DNA from: Mobula hypostoma
Lineage: Eukaryota
Assembly (NCBI RefSeq): GCF_963921235.1
Contig: NC_086108.1
Span: forward strand, 111,850,001 to 111,914,000
Length of the DNA: 64,000 bases
Direction: 5' to 3'
Shown here: positions 37,030 through 50,407 of the stretch, piece after piece
Position numbering within the stretch: position 1 is the stretch's first letter
Layout: each line of letters starts with the position of its first letter
Notes under the pieces: generated by a model
Told to the model about the DNA's origin: nothing
Seen by the model: the letters and a program-made list of their open reading frames with translations, nothing else
The model's database searches: none
Made by a program: the position numbers and the translations under genes

Positions 37030-40000
37030 CCTCTCCCCCCTCCCTCTCCCCCTCCCTCTCCCCCTCCCTCTCCCCATCCCTCTCCCCATCCCTCTCCCCA
37101 TCCCTCTCCACTCTCCATCCCTCTCCCCTCCCTCTCCCTCTCCACCCCCCTACCTCTCCCCCTCCCCCCTCTCTCCCCCTGCCCCTCTCCCTCTCTCCCC
37201 CTGCCCCTCCCCCTCTCTCCCCCACACCCCCTCCCCCTCCCCTCTCTCCCCCACACCCCCTCCCACTCTCTCCCTCACCCCCCTCCCCCCTCTCCCTCAC
37301 CCTCCCCCTCCCTCCTCTCCCTCACCCTCCCCCTCCCTCTCCCCCTCCCCCTCCCTCCTCCCTCCTCCCTCTCCCCCTCCCTCCTCCCTCTCCCCTCCCT
37401 CCTCCCTCTCCCCCTCCCTCCCCTCTCTCCCTTCCCCTTTCCCCTCCCCCTCTCTCCCCTGCCTCCTCTCCCCCCTTGCCTCTCTCTCCCTCTCCGCCCA
37501 CCCCTCTCCCCCTCTCTCTCCCCTCCCACTCCATCTCCGCCCACCCCTCTCCCCCTCTCTCTCCCCTTCCACTCTCTCTGACCCCCTCCCTCTCCCGCCT
37601 CTCTCTCCACTTCCCCTCCCCCTCTCCCCTCCCCTTTCCCCCTCCCCCATCTCCCCTCTCCCCACTTCCCCCTCCCCTTTACCTCTCCCCCTCCCCCATC
37701 TCCCCACTCCCCCCCTTCCCCCTCCCCTTTCCCCCCTCCCCCTCCCCCTCCCCCTTTCCCCTCTCTCCCCCTCCCCCTTTCCCCTCTCCCCCTCCCCCCT
37801 CCCCCTTTCCCCCCTCTCCCCCTCCCCCTTTCCCCCCTCTCCCCCTCCCCCTTTCCCCCTCTCCCCCTCCCCCCTCTCCCCCTCCCCTTCCCCCCTCTCC
37901 CCCTCCCCCTTTCCCCCTCCCCCTTTCCCCCTCCCCCTTTCCCCCTCCCCCTCTCTCCCTCTCCCCCTCTCCCTCTCTTCCCCCCCTCTCCCCCCCTCTC
38001 CCCTCTCTCCCCTCTCCCCCTCTCTCCCTCTCCCCTCCCCCTCGCCCCCCTCCCTCCCCCCCTCTCCCTCTCCCCCTCTCCCTCTCCCCCTCCCGCCCCA
38101 CTCTCCCCCTCTTCCGCCCCACTCTCCCCCCCTCCCGCCCCACTCTCCCCCCCTCCCGCCCCACTCTCCCCCTCTTCCTCTCCCCTCCCTCCCACTCCCC
38201 CTAACCCCTCCCCCTTCCCCCTCTACCCCCCTCCCTCTACCCCCCTCCCCCTCCCCCTCTCCCCCTCCCCTCCCCCTCTCCCCCTCTCCCCCCCCTCTCC
38301 CCCCTCCCCTCCCCCTCTCCCCCCTCCCCCTCTACCCCTCTCCCCTCCCCCTCTCTCCCCTCCCCCTCTCTCCCCCTCCCCCTCTCTCCCCCTCCCCCTC
38401 CCCTCTCTCCCCCTCCCCCTCCCCTCTCTCCCCCTCCCCCTTCCCCTCTCTCCCCTCCCTCCCCTCCCCCTCTCTCCTCTCTCTCTCCCCCTCTCTCCTC
38501 TCTCTCCCCCTCTCTCTCTCCCCCTCTCTCCCGTCTCCCCTCTCTCCCCTCCAACTCTCTCCCTCCCACTCTCTCCCTCCCACTCTCTCCCCAGCACTCT
38601 CTCCCCACTCACACTCTCTCCCCCTCTCCTCCTCTCCCCACTCTCCCCTCTCCCCTCTCCCCTCTCTCCCGTCTCCCCTCTCTCCCATCTCCCCTCTCTC
38701 CCCCCTCCCACTCTCTCCCCCTCTCCCACTCTCTCCCCCTCTCCCACTCTCTCCCCCTCTCCTCCTCTCCCCACCTCCCCTCTCTCCCCTCTCCCCTCTC
38801 TCCCTCTCCCCTCTCCCCTCTCCCCTCTCCCCCCTCTCCCCTCTCCCCCTCTCCCCTCTCCCCTCTCCCCCCTCTCCCCTCTCCCCCCTCTCCCTCCTCC
38901 CCCTCTCTCTTCCTCACCCCCTCCCCTCTCTCTCCCTCACCCTCCCTCACCTCTCTCTCCCTCACCCCCTCCCCTCTCTCTCCCTCACCCTCCCCCTCCC
39001 CTCCCTCTCCCTCACCCCCTCCCCTCTCTCTCCCTCACCCTCCCCCTCCCCTCCCTCCTCCCTCCCCTCTCCCCCCTCCCTTCTCTCCCTTCCCCTTTCC
39101 CCTCCCCCTCTCTCCCTTTCCCTTTCCCCTCCCCCTCTCTCCCCTGCCTCCTCTTCCCCCTTGCCTCTCTCTGCCTCTCCCCCACTCTCTGCCCACCCCT
39201 CTCCCCCTCTCTCTCCCCTCCCACTCTCTCTGACCCCCTCCCTCTCCTGCCTCTCTCCACTCCCCCTTCCCCCCTCCCCCCCACCCCTCTCCCCCCTCCC
39301 CCCTCCCCTCTCCCCCCCTCCCCCTCCCCTCTCCCCCCTCCCCCTCCACTCTCCCCCTCTCCCCTCTCCCCCTCTCCCCCTCTCCCCCCTCTCCCCCCTC
39401 TCCCCCTCTCTCCCTCTCTCCCTCTCCCCTCCTCCTCTCCCCCTCTCCCTCCCCCCTCCCGCCCCACTCTCCCCCTCTTCCGCCCCACTCTCCCCCTCTT
39501 CCGCCCCACTCTCCCCCTCTCCCTCTCCCTCCCACTCCCCCTATCCCCCTATCCCCCTCCGCTTCCTCCTCTACCCCTCTCCCCCCTCCCCCTCTACCCT
39601 TCTCCCCCCTCCCCCTCTACCCCTCTACCCCTCTCCCCACTCCCTCTACCCCCTCCCCCTCTCCCCTCCCCCTCTCCCATCCCCCTCTCCCCTCCCCCTC
39701 CCCCCTCTTCCTCCCCCTCTCCCTCTCCCTCCCCCCTCTCCCTCCCCCTCCCACCTCTCCTTCCCCCTCCCCCTCTCCCCCTCTCCCCCTCTCCCCCTCC
39801 CCTCTCCCCCTCCCCCTCCCCCTTACCCCCACCCGTTCTCCCTTACCCCTACCCCTTCCCACATACCCCTTCCCCCAACCCCCTCACCCCTCTCTTCCCT
39901 CCCCCTCTCTTCTCTCCCCCTCTCTTCTCTCCCCTCCCCTCTCTCCCCTCCCCCTCTCTTCCCCTCTCTCTCCCCTCTCCCTCTGTCTCACCCTCACCCT

Positions 40001-42985
40001 CCATCCCTCCCCTCCCCCTCTCTCCCCTCCCCCTCTCTCCCCTCCCCCTCTCTCCCCACCCCCTTTCTTCCCCTCTCTCTCCCCCTCTCCCTCTGTCTCA
40101 CCCTGTCTCCCCCTCTCTCCCCCTCCCCCTCCCACTCTCTCCCCCTCCCCCTTCCCCTCTCTCCCCCTCCCCCTTCCCCTCTCTCCCCTCCCTCCCCCTC
40201 CCCCTCTCTCCCTCTCCCTCCCCCTCCCCCTCTCTCCCTCTCCCTCCCCCTCCCCCTCTCTCCCTCTCCCTCCCCCTCCCCCTCTCTCCCTCTCCCTCCC
40301 CCTCTCTCCCTCTCCCCCTCTCTCTCCTCTCTCTCTCTCCCCCTCTCTCTCTCTCCCCCTCTCTCTCTCCCCCTCTCTCCCGTCTCCCCTCTCTCCCCCT
40401 CCCACTCTCTCCCCCCACTCTCTCCCCCCTCCCCCTCTCTCCCCCTCTCTCCCCCTCTCCCCACCTCCCCTCTCTCCCCTCTCCCCTCTCTCCCCTCTCC
40501 CCCCTCTCCCCTCTCCCCCTCTCTCCCCCCTCTCCCCTCTCTCCCCTCCCCCTCTCTCTCCCTCACCCCCTCCCCTCTCTCACCCTCACCCTCCCCCTCC
40601 CCTCCCTCCTCCCTCCCCTCTCTCCCTTCCCCTTTCCCCTCCCCTCTCTCCCTTCTCCTTTCCCCTCCCCCTCTATCCCCTGCCTCCCCCCCCCACCCTC
40701 TGCCCACCCCTCTCCCCCTCTCTCTCCCCTCCCACTCTCTCTGACCCCCTCCCTCTCCCGCCTCTCTCTCCACTCCCCCTTCCCCTCTCCCCTTCCCCTC
40801 TCCCTCCCTCTCCCCCCACCCTCCCTCTCCCCTCCCCTCCCCCCCTCTCCCCCTCTCCCTCTCCCCCTCTCCCCTCCCCCTCTGCCCCTCTTTCCCTTTC
40901 CCTCTCCCCCTCCCCCTCTCTCCCCCTTCCCCTCTCCCTCCCTCTCCCCCCCTCCCTCCCTCTCCCCCCCTCCCTCCCTCTCCCCCCCCTCCCTCTCCCC
41001 CCCTCCCTCTCCCCCCTCCCTCTCCCCCCTCCCTCTCCCCCCCTCCCTCTCCCCCCTCCCTCTCCTCCTGTCTCCCTCCCCTCTCCCCCTCTCCCCTCTC
41101 TCCCTCTCCCCCTCTCTCCCCTTTCCCTCTCTCTCTCCCCCTCCCCCTCTCTCTCCCCACCCCCTCTCTTCCCCTCTCTCTGCCCCTCTCCCTCTGCCTC
41201 ACCCTCACCCTCCCTCTCTCCCCTCCCCCTCTCTCCCCTCCCCCTCTCTCCCCTCCCCCTCTCTTCCCACCCCCTCTCTCCCCACCTCCTCTCTTCCCCT
41301 CTCTCTCTCCCTCTCCCTCTCCCCCTGTCTCCCTCTCCCCTCCCCCACTCTCCCCTCCCCCTCTCCCCCTCCCTCTCTCTCCCCCCTCCCCTCCCCCTCC
41401 CCCTCTCTCCCCCACCCCCTCTCTCCCCCTCCCCTCCCCCTCTCTTCCCCTCGCTCTCTCCCCCTCTGTCTCACCCTCACCCTCCCCCCTCTCTCCCTCT
41501 CTCTCCCCCTCTCTCCCATCCCCCTCTCTCCCCCTCTCTCCCATCCCCCTCTCTCCCCCTCTCTCCCATCTCCCCTCTCTCCCCTCCCACTCTCTCCCCT
41601 CTCTCTCTCTCGCTCACCTCTCTCCCCCTCTCCCCCTCACCCCTCCCCCCTCCCCTCCCCCTCTCCCCTCCCCTCCCCCTCTCTCTCTCCCTCACCCCCC
41701 CCTCCCTCCCCTAACTCCCCCCTACTCCCTACCTCCCTCCTCCCCCTACTCCCTACCTCCCTCCCTCCCGTCTCTCCCCTTCGCTCTCTCTCCCCCTCCC
41801 CACTCCCCCTCCCCCCTCTCTCCCCATTCCCCCTCTCTCCCTCCTCCTTCCCCCTCCCCCTGTCCCTCCCCTCTCTCTCTCCCCTCCCCTCTCACTCTCC
41901 CCCTCTCTCCCCTCTCCCCCTCCTCCTCCCCCTCCCCCTCTGTCCCTCCCCTCTCTCTCTCCCCTCCCCTCTCACTCTCCCCCCTCTCCCTCTCCCCCCT
42001 CTCCCTCTCCCCCTCTTTCCCTCTCCCCCCTCTCTCCTCGCCCCACTCTCCGCCCTCCCCTCTCCCCTCTCTCTCCCCTCCCCCTCTCAGACCCCCTCCC
42101 TCTCCCGCCTCTCTCTCCACTCCCCCTCCCCCTCTCCCCTGTCTCCCACTCTCTATCCCTCCCTCCCTCCCCCTGCCCCCTCTCCCCCTCGCCATCTCCC
42201 CCCTCTTCTCCCTCCCCCTCTCTCCCCATCTCCCTTCACCCTCTCTCCCCGTCTCCCCTCCCCACTCTCTCTCCCACCCCACTCTCTCTCCTCTTCCCCC
42301 CCTCTGCCTCCCCCTCCCCCTCTCTTCCCCCTCCCCCTCTCCCCTGCTCCCTCTCTCACCCTCCCCTCCCCCACTCTCTCCCTTCTTTTCCTCCCCGTAT
42401 CTCTCCCTCCCCCACTCTCCCTTTCTCCCTCTCTCCCCCTCTCCCCGTCTCTCTCCCCTGCCCTCCCTCCCCCTCTCTCTCTCCCACCCCCTCCCTCCCT
42501 CCCCCCCTCTACCTCCCCCCCTCCCTTCTTCCCCCTCCCTTCTTCCCCCTCCCTCCCTCCCCCTCTCCCTCCCCCTCCCCCTCCCCCTCCCCCTCCCCAT
42601 CTCCCTCCCCCTCTCCCTCCCCCTCTCCCTCCTCCTCTCCCTCCCCCCTTCTCCCTCCCCTCTTCTCCCTCCCCTCTCTCCCTCTCCCTCCCCCTCTCTC
42701 CCTCTCCCTCTCCCTCTCCCTCCCCCTCCCCTCCCCCTCCCCCTCCCCCTCCCCCTCCCCCTCTCTCTCCCCCTCTCCCTCCCCCTCTCCCTCCCCCTCT
42801 CTCTCCCCCTCTCCCTCCCCCTCTCTCTCCTCTCTCTCCCTCCCCCTCTCTCTCGTTCCCCCTCTCTCTCCCCCCTCTCTCCCTCTCCCCCCTCTCTCCC
42901 TCTCCCCCCCTCTCTCTCTCCCTCTCCCCCCTCTCTCTCTCCCTCTCCCTCTCTCTCTCTCTACCCTCTCCCTCTCCCCCCACCC
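37030..42985 (+). repeat. ~6 kb C/T-rich polypyrimidine low-complexity tract
   Basis: Almost entirely C and T. Abrupt strand switch at gagggagagc|ctctcccccc near 37030. Confidence 0.97.
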
Positions 42986-44520
42986 AATTCTGCAGACGGA
43001 GGGTGAGTCCCATCTCCTGAGCACTCACACCTCGGCCTCACTCACAGGGGAGGAACTAAACTTGCTGCTTCCTCGTCCACTGCTCTCACCAACTAACACT
43101 CAACACTCATCTCCCCCCTGTCATGGTTTCCATTCTGATGTCGCGTGACATCACAATCGGTCAAATGTAACTTCATTTCCAGTTCCAGAATTTTCAAAAC
43201 GACACCCAATCACCATGGTAACAGTGGCTGGGGAACAAGTGGCTAAAAATAGGTTGGGTTCACCCATGTCCCTCAGGGGGGAGATCTCTTGTCCCACATG
43301 TGACTCCTGACCCAGACTGTTCTTGGACACCCTCTGAAATGTCCCAGCAGCTCCCTCCGTCACACCGTCACAGCAACACTGACGTCCAAACGGGAACCTT
43401 GGGAAATTGTTTGCAATACACTCAGCGTTTAAATGACACAAAAATGGGCTTTTTGCAACAGCAGTACAGAACATGACGATCATAATTAATTTAAATAAAT
43501 TAATGTAAATTATACATATCTTATTTGACACTGAAAAGAAAAATATCAACAGTAATTCAAATTGAGGGAGGGTTAGAACATAGAACTGTGCAGCGCAGAA
43601 CAGGCCCTTCGGCCCACAATGCTGTGCTGACCAATATAAACCGCCATGATCAATCTGACCCTTCCCTCCTTCACGGCCCATACGTCTGGATGAAGACTTG
43701 GCACAAAATATTGACTGTTTATTCTGCCTCACCTGCTGAGTTTCTCCATTTTCTGTGTGTGGTCATTCCATATACCTTCTTGTGGACTGGAAAGGAAGGG
43801 GAAGACAGCTGAATTAACAGGTGGGGAGAGGGTAAGGGGGATAGCTAGAGGGTGGTAGGTGATGCCAAGTGTGGAAGGGCTGAACAGGAAAGAATCTGAT
43901 TGGAGAGGAGTGAGGGCCATGAAAGAAAGGGAAGCAGGATGACACAGGGGAGAGGTGGTATGCAGTTGAGGAGAGGTAAGAGGCCAGAGTGGGGAATCGA
44001 AGAAGGGGGGAGGGAGAAAGTGATATCCTTGCCATCAGATTGGAGGCTGCCCAGATGGGATATAAGTTGTTGCTCTTCCACCCTGAGGGTGGCCTCATTG
44101 TGGCTCAAGAGGAGGCCATTGACTAACATGTCAGAATGGGAGAGGGAATGGGAATTAAAATGGTCAGCCACTGGGAGGTTCTTCTTTTGGCAGATGGAGC
44201 AGAGGTACTCGATGAAGCAGTTGCCCAATTTACCATGGGTCTCACCAATGTAGAGCAGGCTGGATCGGGAGCACTGGGTACAATAGACGACCCCAGCAGA
44301 TTTGCAGGTGAAGTGTTGCCTCACCTGGAAGGACTGTTTGGGCCTCTGAGTGGAGATGAGGGAGGAGGTGACTGGGCAGGTATAGCACTTGCAGGGATAA
44401 GTGTCGGGAGGGTGATTAATGGAAAGGAATGAACGGACAAGGAAATCATGGAGGGAGTGATTCCTGTGGAAGGCGGAAGGGGTGGGGTAGATGTATTTTA
44501 CGGTAGGATCTCTTTAGAGA
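42985..44520 (-). repeat. Right arm of large inverted repeat
   Basis: Reverse complement of 32823-34345. Confidence 0.95.
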
Positions 44521-44869
44521 GTGTTCCAGAGAATGATGTTTAGATACAGAGATTCATGGGGTGGACAAGAGGAACCCTATCACTGTTAAGGAGAAAGGAA
44601 GATGGGGTGAGCTCACATGTTAGGGAAATGGAGGAGATGTGGGTGAGGGCAGCATCAATGGTGGAGGAAGGAAAAGCCCGTTCTTTGATGGAGGAGGACA
44701 CCTCTGATGTTCTGGAAGGGAAAGCCACCTTCTGGGAACAGATATGGGAGAGAGAAACAAACTGAGAAAAGGGAATAGCATTTTTGCAGGAGACAGGATG
44801 GACTGGGATGCTGAGTCCCTCCAGCATCGAGACCCAGTCCTGATAAAGGGTTTGGGTCTGAAATGTCCA

Positions 44870-47800
44870 TTAGACCAAAGACCTAGGAGCAGAAATAGGC
44901 CACTTGGCCCATCAAATCTGCTCTGCTATTCTATCATGGCTGATCCTTTTCCTCACTTGTCAGCCCCACTCTCCAGCCTTCTGTCTGTAACCTTCGATGC
45001 CTTGTTCAATCAAGAATCTATCCATCTCTGCCTTAAATACACCCAATGACCTGGCCTCCACAGTTGCCTGTGGTAATAATTTCTACAAATTCACCACCCT
45101 CAGGCTAAAGAAAAATTTCTGCATTCTGTTTTAAATGGACCTGAGGCTGTGCTCTCGTTTCCTAGACTCCCCCACCATGAGGAACATCCTTTCCACATCT
45201 ACTCTGTCTAGGCCTGTCAGTATTTGAACGGTTTCAATGAGATCCCCCTCATCCTTCTAAATCCCAGTGAATACATTCCCAAAGCTATCAAACGTCCCTC
45301 GTATGATAATCCTTTCATTCCCAGAATCATCCTTGTGAATCTTCTCTTAACCCTCTCTACTGCCAGCACATCTTTTCTCAGATGAGGAGCCCAAAACTGT
45401 TCACAATATTCAAGTGAGGCCTCACTAGTGCCATATAAAGCCTCAGCATCACATCCCATCTCTTGTATTCAAGACCTCTTGAAATGAAGGCTAACACGGC
45501 ATTTGCTTTCCTCACCACCAACTCAACCTCAAGTTAACCTTTAGGGTGTCGTGCACAAGGACTCCCAAGTCCTTTTGCATCTCAGATTTTTGGATTCTCT
45601 CCCCATTTACAAAATAGTCTTCTCATTTATTTCTACTACCAAAGTGCATGACCATGCATTTTCCAACATTGTATTTCACTTGCCACCCTCTTGCCCATTC
45701 TCCTAATCTGTTCAAGTCCTTCTGCAGCCTACCAGTTTCCTCAACACTACCCGCCCCTCCACTAATCTTCGTATCATCTCCAAACTTAGGAACAGAGCCA
45801 TCTATTCCAGCATCTAAATCATTGATATACAACATAAAAAGAAGTGGTTCCAACACCGACCCCTGCAGGACACCACGAGTCACTGGCAGCCAAAAAAAGA
45901 TTCCTGTTATTCCCACTCACTGCCTCCTACCAATCAGCCAATGCTCTAACCATGCCAGTTACTTCCCTGTAATGCCATGGACTCTTAACTTGGTAAGCAG
46001 CCTCATGTGTGTCACCTTGTCAAACACCTTCTAAAAGTCCCAATATACAACATCCACTGCATCCCCTTTATCTATCCTAAATGTAATCTCCTTAAGAATT
46101 ACAACAGGTTCATCAGGCAAGATTTTCCCTGAAGGAACCCATGCTGACTTAGTCCTATCTTGTACAGTGTCTCCAAGTATTCCATAACTTCATCTTTAAC
46201 AATTGATTCCATCATCTTCCCAACCACTGAGGTCAGGCTAACTGGTCTATAATTTCCTTTCTGCTGCCTTCATCCTTTCTTAAAGAGTGGAATGACATTT
46301 GCAATTTTCCAGTCCTCTGGCACCATGCCAGAGTCCAATGAATTTTGAAAGATCATTATTAATACCTCCACAAACTCGACCGCTACCTCTTTCAGCACCC
46401 TAGGGTGCAGTTCATCTGGCCCTGGTGACTTATGTACCCTTAGGTCTTTCAGCTTTTTGAGCACCTTCTCACTTGTAATAGTAACTGCACTCGCTTTTCT
46501 TCCTTCATGCATACTGCTAGTGTCTTCCATAATGAAGACTGATGTCAAATACTCACTTAGTTCATCTGCCATCTCCTTGTCCCTGTTATTGTTTCTCTGG
46601 CCTCATTTTCGAGTAGTCCTACATCCACTCTAATCTCTCTTTTCTTTTTATACACACTTGAAAACACTTTACTATCCACTTTGATATTGTTTGCTAGCTT
46701 GCTTTCATATTTCACATTTTCCCTCCTAATGATTCTTTCAATTATTCTTTGTAGGTTTTAAAAAAACTTCCCAATCCTTTATCTTCCCTCTACTTTTTGT
46801 TTTGTTGTGTGCCCGCTCTTTTGCTTTTACATTAGTCTTTACTTCCCTTGTCATTCACGGTTGTACTATTTTGCAATTTGAGTATTTCTTTGTTTTTGAA
46901 ATGCATCTATCCTGCACCTTCCTAAGCGTCCTAAGGGATCACTGGTTCCTAAGGGTTCTTTTACCTTAAACTCTCGTATCGCCTCTGGTTCATTACATAA
47001 CACCCAATCCAGTATAGCTGATCTCCTAGTGGGCTCAACAACAAACTGCTCTAAAAAGCCATTTCATTGGGATTCAGCAAACTCACTCTCTTGAGATCCA
47101 TTACCAACTTAATTTTTCTAATTGAACTGCATGTTGTAATCTCCCATGACTATCATAACATTCCCCTTTTGATACCGCTTTTCTATTTCCCTTAGTTAGG
47201 GGTCCACATCCCAGCTACTCTTGGGAGGCCTCTATGTAAATGCCATCAGGGTCCTTTTACCCTTGCAGTGTCTTAACTCAACCGCTAACGACGGAACACC
47301 TTCTGATCCTATGTCACATCTTTCTACTGATTTGATGCCATTCTTTACCAGCAGAGCCACACCACCCCTCTGTCTACCTTGCTATCCCTCTGATACAATA
47401 TGTAACCTTGAACATTCAACTCCCAACTACAACCATCCTTCAGCCACGATTCAGTGATGGCCACAACATCATACCTGACCATCTGTAAAAGTGCAACAAG
47501 ATCATCCACCTTATTTCTTATACTCCAAGCATTGAGATATAACACTTTTGAGTTCTGTAAATACGTCCCTGTAACTCTGATCGATTATCTCCTCACTCTC
47601 CCGTGCAAGCCGAAGGTCATCCAGCTGCTCCTCCAGATCCTTAACGGTCTTCAAGGAGCTGCTGCCGGATGCACCTGACACAGATGTTGCTCCTTGGGAG
47701 ACTCTGGGTCTCCCAGGACTCCAACATCCAGCATGAAGAACACACAGCAGCCATTTACTACACTCAGTACAGCAAGAGAGAGAAAAAGGAACCTTAACAG

Positions 47801-48180
47801 AAGCTTACTCAGAGCCAACGCCTTTTTCGAGCTGAAGCCTCCTTTGACCCAAAGCCTGACACTCCTACTCTCACCACAGGCCTACTCCCAACAATGGCCA
47901 ACCCGCCTGTCCCTTTTGTACTTTCAGACAGGTGTCTTGAACTTGAGAGAAACCTCGTTGCTGTGGCCTGCTCCTGCCACTAATTGGGCTGTTGGAATGA
48001 GCCTTCTTTGTTCAACAGCTTCCCAAATATCTCATCCCTGACCGATCACTGCCTTGGAACAAATAAGTAGGCCCAGCATTCTGTGCATTGGTCTTTTAAA
48101 CCTCAAGTCATTTAACTCAAAGTGTTCATAATTTGCTCAGTTTAAAAGAGGTTATCCCTGCCTTCCTCATTCTACACTTA
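44870..48180 (-). mobile_element. Near full-length decayed CR1 LINE
   Basis: LYLNAWSIRNK (endonuclease), [30 protein letters not shown] and a 3' tail. The 47560-48180 portion is probably ORF1/5' UTR (less certain). Confidence 0.85.
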
Positions 48181-49689
48181 ACAACACTTCTCTGGTTGGC
48201 GGCCAGTGACTAGTGGCATTCCACGGGTCCGTGTTGGGATCTCCTCATTTCATGTTATATGTCAGTGATCTGGATGATGGAATTGATGGCTTTGTGGACA
48301 AGTTTGTGGATGATGCAAAGGTTAGGTGGATGGGTGGGTATCGTTGAGGAAGCATGGAGTCTGAAGGAGCACTTTGACAGATTAGGAGAATGGGCAAATA
48401 AGTGGCAGATGGAATACAGTGTCGGGAAATGCACAGTCACGCACTTTGTTAGAAAGTAAAGCATGGACTATTTTGTAAATGGGGAGCAAATTCAGAAATC
48501 AGACATGCAAAGGGACTGCATTTCTCATACAGGTTCCCGAAAGGTTAATTTGCAGGTCGAGTCAGTGGTAAGGAAGGCAAATGCAATGTAAGCAAGACGT
48601 AATGCTGAGGCTTCATAAGGCACTGATGTAACTGTGCTTGGAGCATTGTGAGCAGTTTTGTGCCCCTTATCTAAGAAAAGATATGCTGACATTGAACAGG
48701 GTCCAGAGGAGGTTCACGAGAAGGAATTTGGGAATGAAAGAGTATCGGGAGAGGTTCGGAGAATGCACTTTCAAGGGCTCTACAACTCAAGTTCTCAGTC
48801 ATATTTATGTATTTATTTACTTAATATTTATTTTGTTTTGTTTTTCCACAGTTTGTCAGGATTTGTCAGTCATGTTTCATTGATTATATTGTATTTCTTT
48901 ATTCTGTTGTAAGTGCCTGCAAGAAAATCAGTCCAAGGATAGTATTTGCTGACATATACATACTTTGATAATAAAGCTTTCTCTGAACTTTTGGATTTTA
49001 AATGGGGTTGAGAGGGATAATATATTACCCAGGATAGAATGGCGTAGCAGGTCACAGAGCCTATTCTGCTCCTATACATTACGGTCCCAACTCAGAAAGT
49101 GGCCAGTTGGCTCCTTGAGTCCAAGAGAGTTTACAGGGGGACAATCCAACTTGTCCCCTCCCCCCTCCCCCCTCCCTGTGCCTCTCCATTCTGAAGGTTG
49201 TTCTTCTCAAAAACCCATCAATTCTCCTTTCATTCCTTCCACAATAAATGTAAACTCAGATGTGGTTTATCAGGATGGTTATGCCACTGAGATGTCGGAA
49301 GAGCCGGGGAATTGAGGTGGGCGGGGTGTGGTTGGTTGGGAGAGAACTGTTTAACCAGTTTCTCCAAACGATCTGAAATTCCTGACGTTGATGCTGCCAC
49401 GATCACATATCTTTCCCGACCTTGATAATTCTAATGAGACGAAGAACGATGGGCAATAGCTGGGCTTTCTTGTTTCAAAAGAAGTTAACAGATGGCCTCA
49501 TGGAAAGATGTCAGGGGGGAAGCAATGGGAACAGATCACTGCCAAGAATAATGTGACAAGGAAAAGGAAAGGAACCTCCCGTGGGCTCTTTATGATGTGG
49601 GAAAAAAACTGAAGCACCTGGGGGATATGGACAAGGACAGAGTGAATATAGACCCCACCCAAACACACACACACTACTACCCCTGCACA

Positions 49690-50272
49690 TACAGTACCAG
49701 AGGACAGAGAATATACACCCCGAACCCACACAGACAGTACCAGAGGACAGAGAATATACCCACCTCTACACACAGACAGTGCCAGAGGTGACAGAGAATA
49801 TACCCACACCTACACACACACAGACAGTACCAGAGTTGACAGAGAATATCCCCCACACACACACACAGACAGTACCAGAGGTGACAGAAAATATCCCCCC
49901 CACACACAGACAGTACCAGAGGTGACAGAGAATATCCCCCCCCGCACACACAGACAGTAGCAGAGGTCAGAGAATATACCCACCCCTACACACAGACAGT
50001 ACCAGAGGACAGAGAGAATATGACCCCCCCCGAAATAGACAGTACCAGAGGTGACAGAGAATATCCCCCCCCACACACAGACAGTTCCAGAGGTGACAGA
50101 GAATATCCCCCCCCACCACACAGAGTACCAGAGGACAGAGAGAATATGACCCCCCCCCCGAAATAGACAGTACCAGAGGTGGCAGAGAATATCCCCCCCC
50201 CCACACACAGACAGTTCCAGAGGTGACAGAGAATATCCCCCCCCCACCACACACAGACAGTACCAGAGGTCA
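49690..50272 (+). repeat. ~40-45-bp minisatellite, about 13-14 copies
   Basis: Unit core cacagacagtaccagaggtgacagagaatatcccccc with variable C and CA runs. Confidence 0.95.
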
Positions 50273-50407
50273 GAAATGAACCTGTTCACGGGAATCGTGA
50301 TACAGATCCTCCCTCTCCAGCACTAACGTGCCACCCAAATTACTCCATCTAACAATTTCAGCCTGGTCTCCTCTCAATCTGTGCATTTCCCCTTTGCTCG
50401 TTTGCAG

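Noticed and set aside
34180..43028. Very long ORFs (973, 982, 992, 527, 516 aa) rich in Pro/Ser/Leu or Gly/Glu/Arg
   Set aside because: Pure GA or CT sequence cannot easily form stop codons. ORFs are open in several frames on both strands, so they are low-complexity artefacts, not extensin- or formin-like genes.
30140..47560. Oppositely oriented CR1s flanking the palindrome as an extension of the inverted repeat
   Set aside because: They are clearly diverged from each other and do not keep the 77343 coordinate symmetry, so they are independent insertions.
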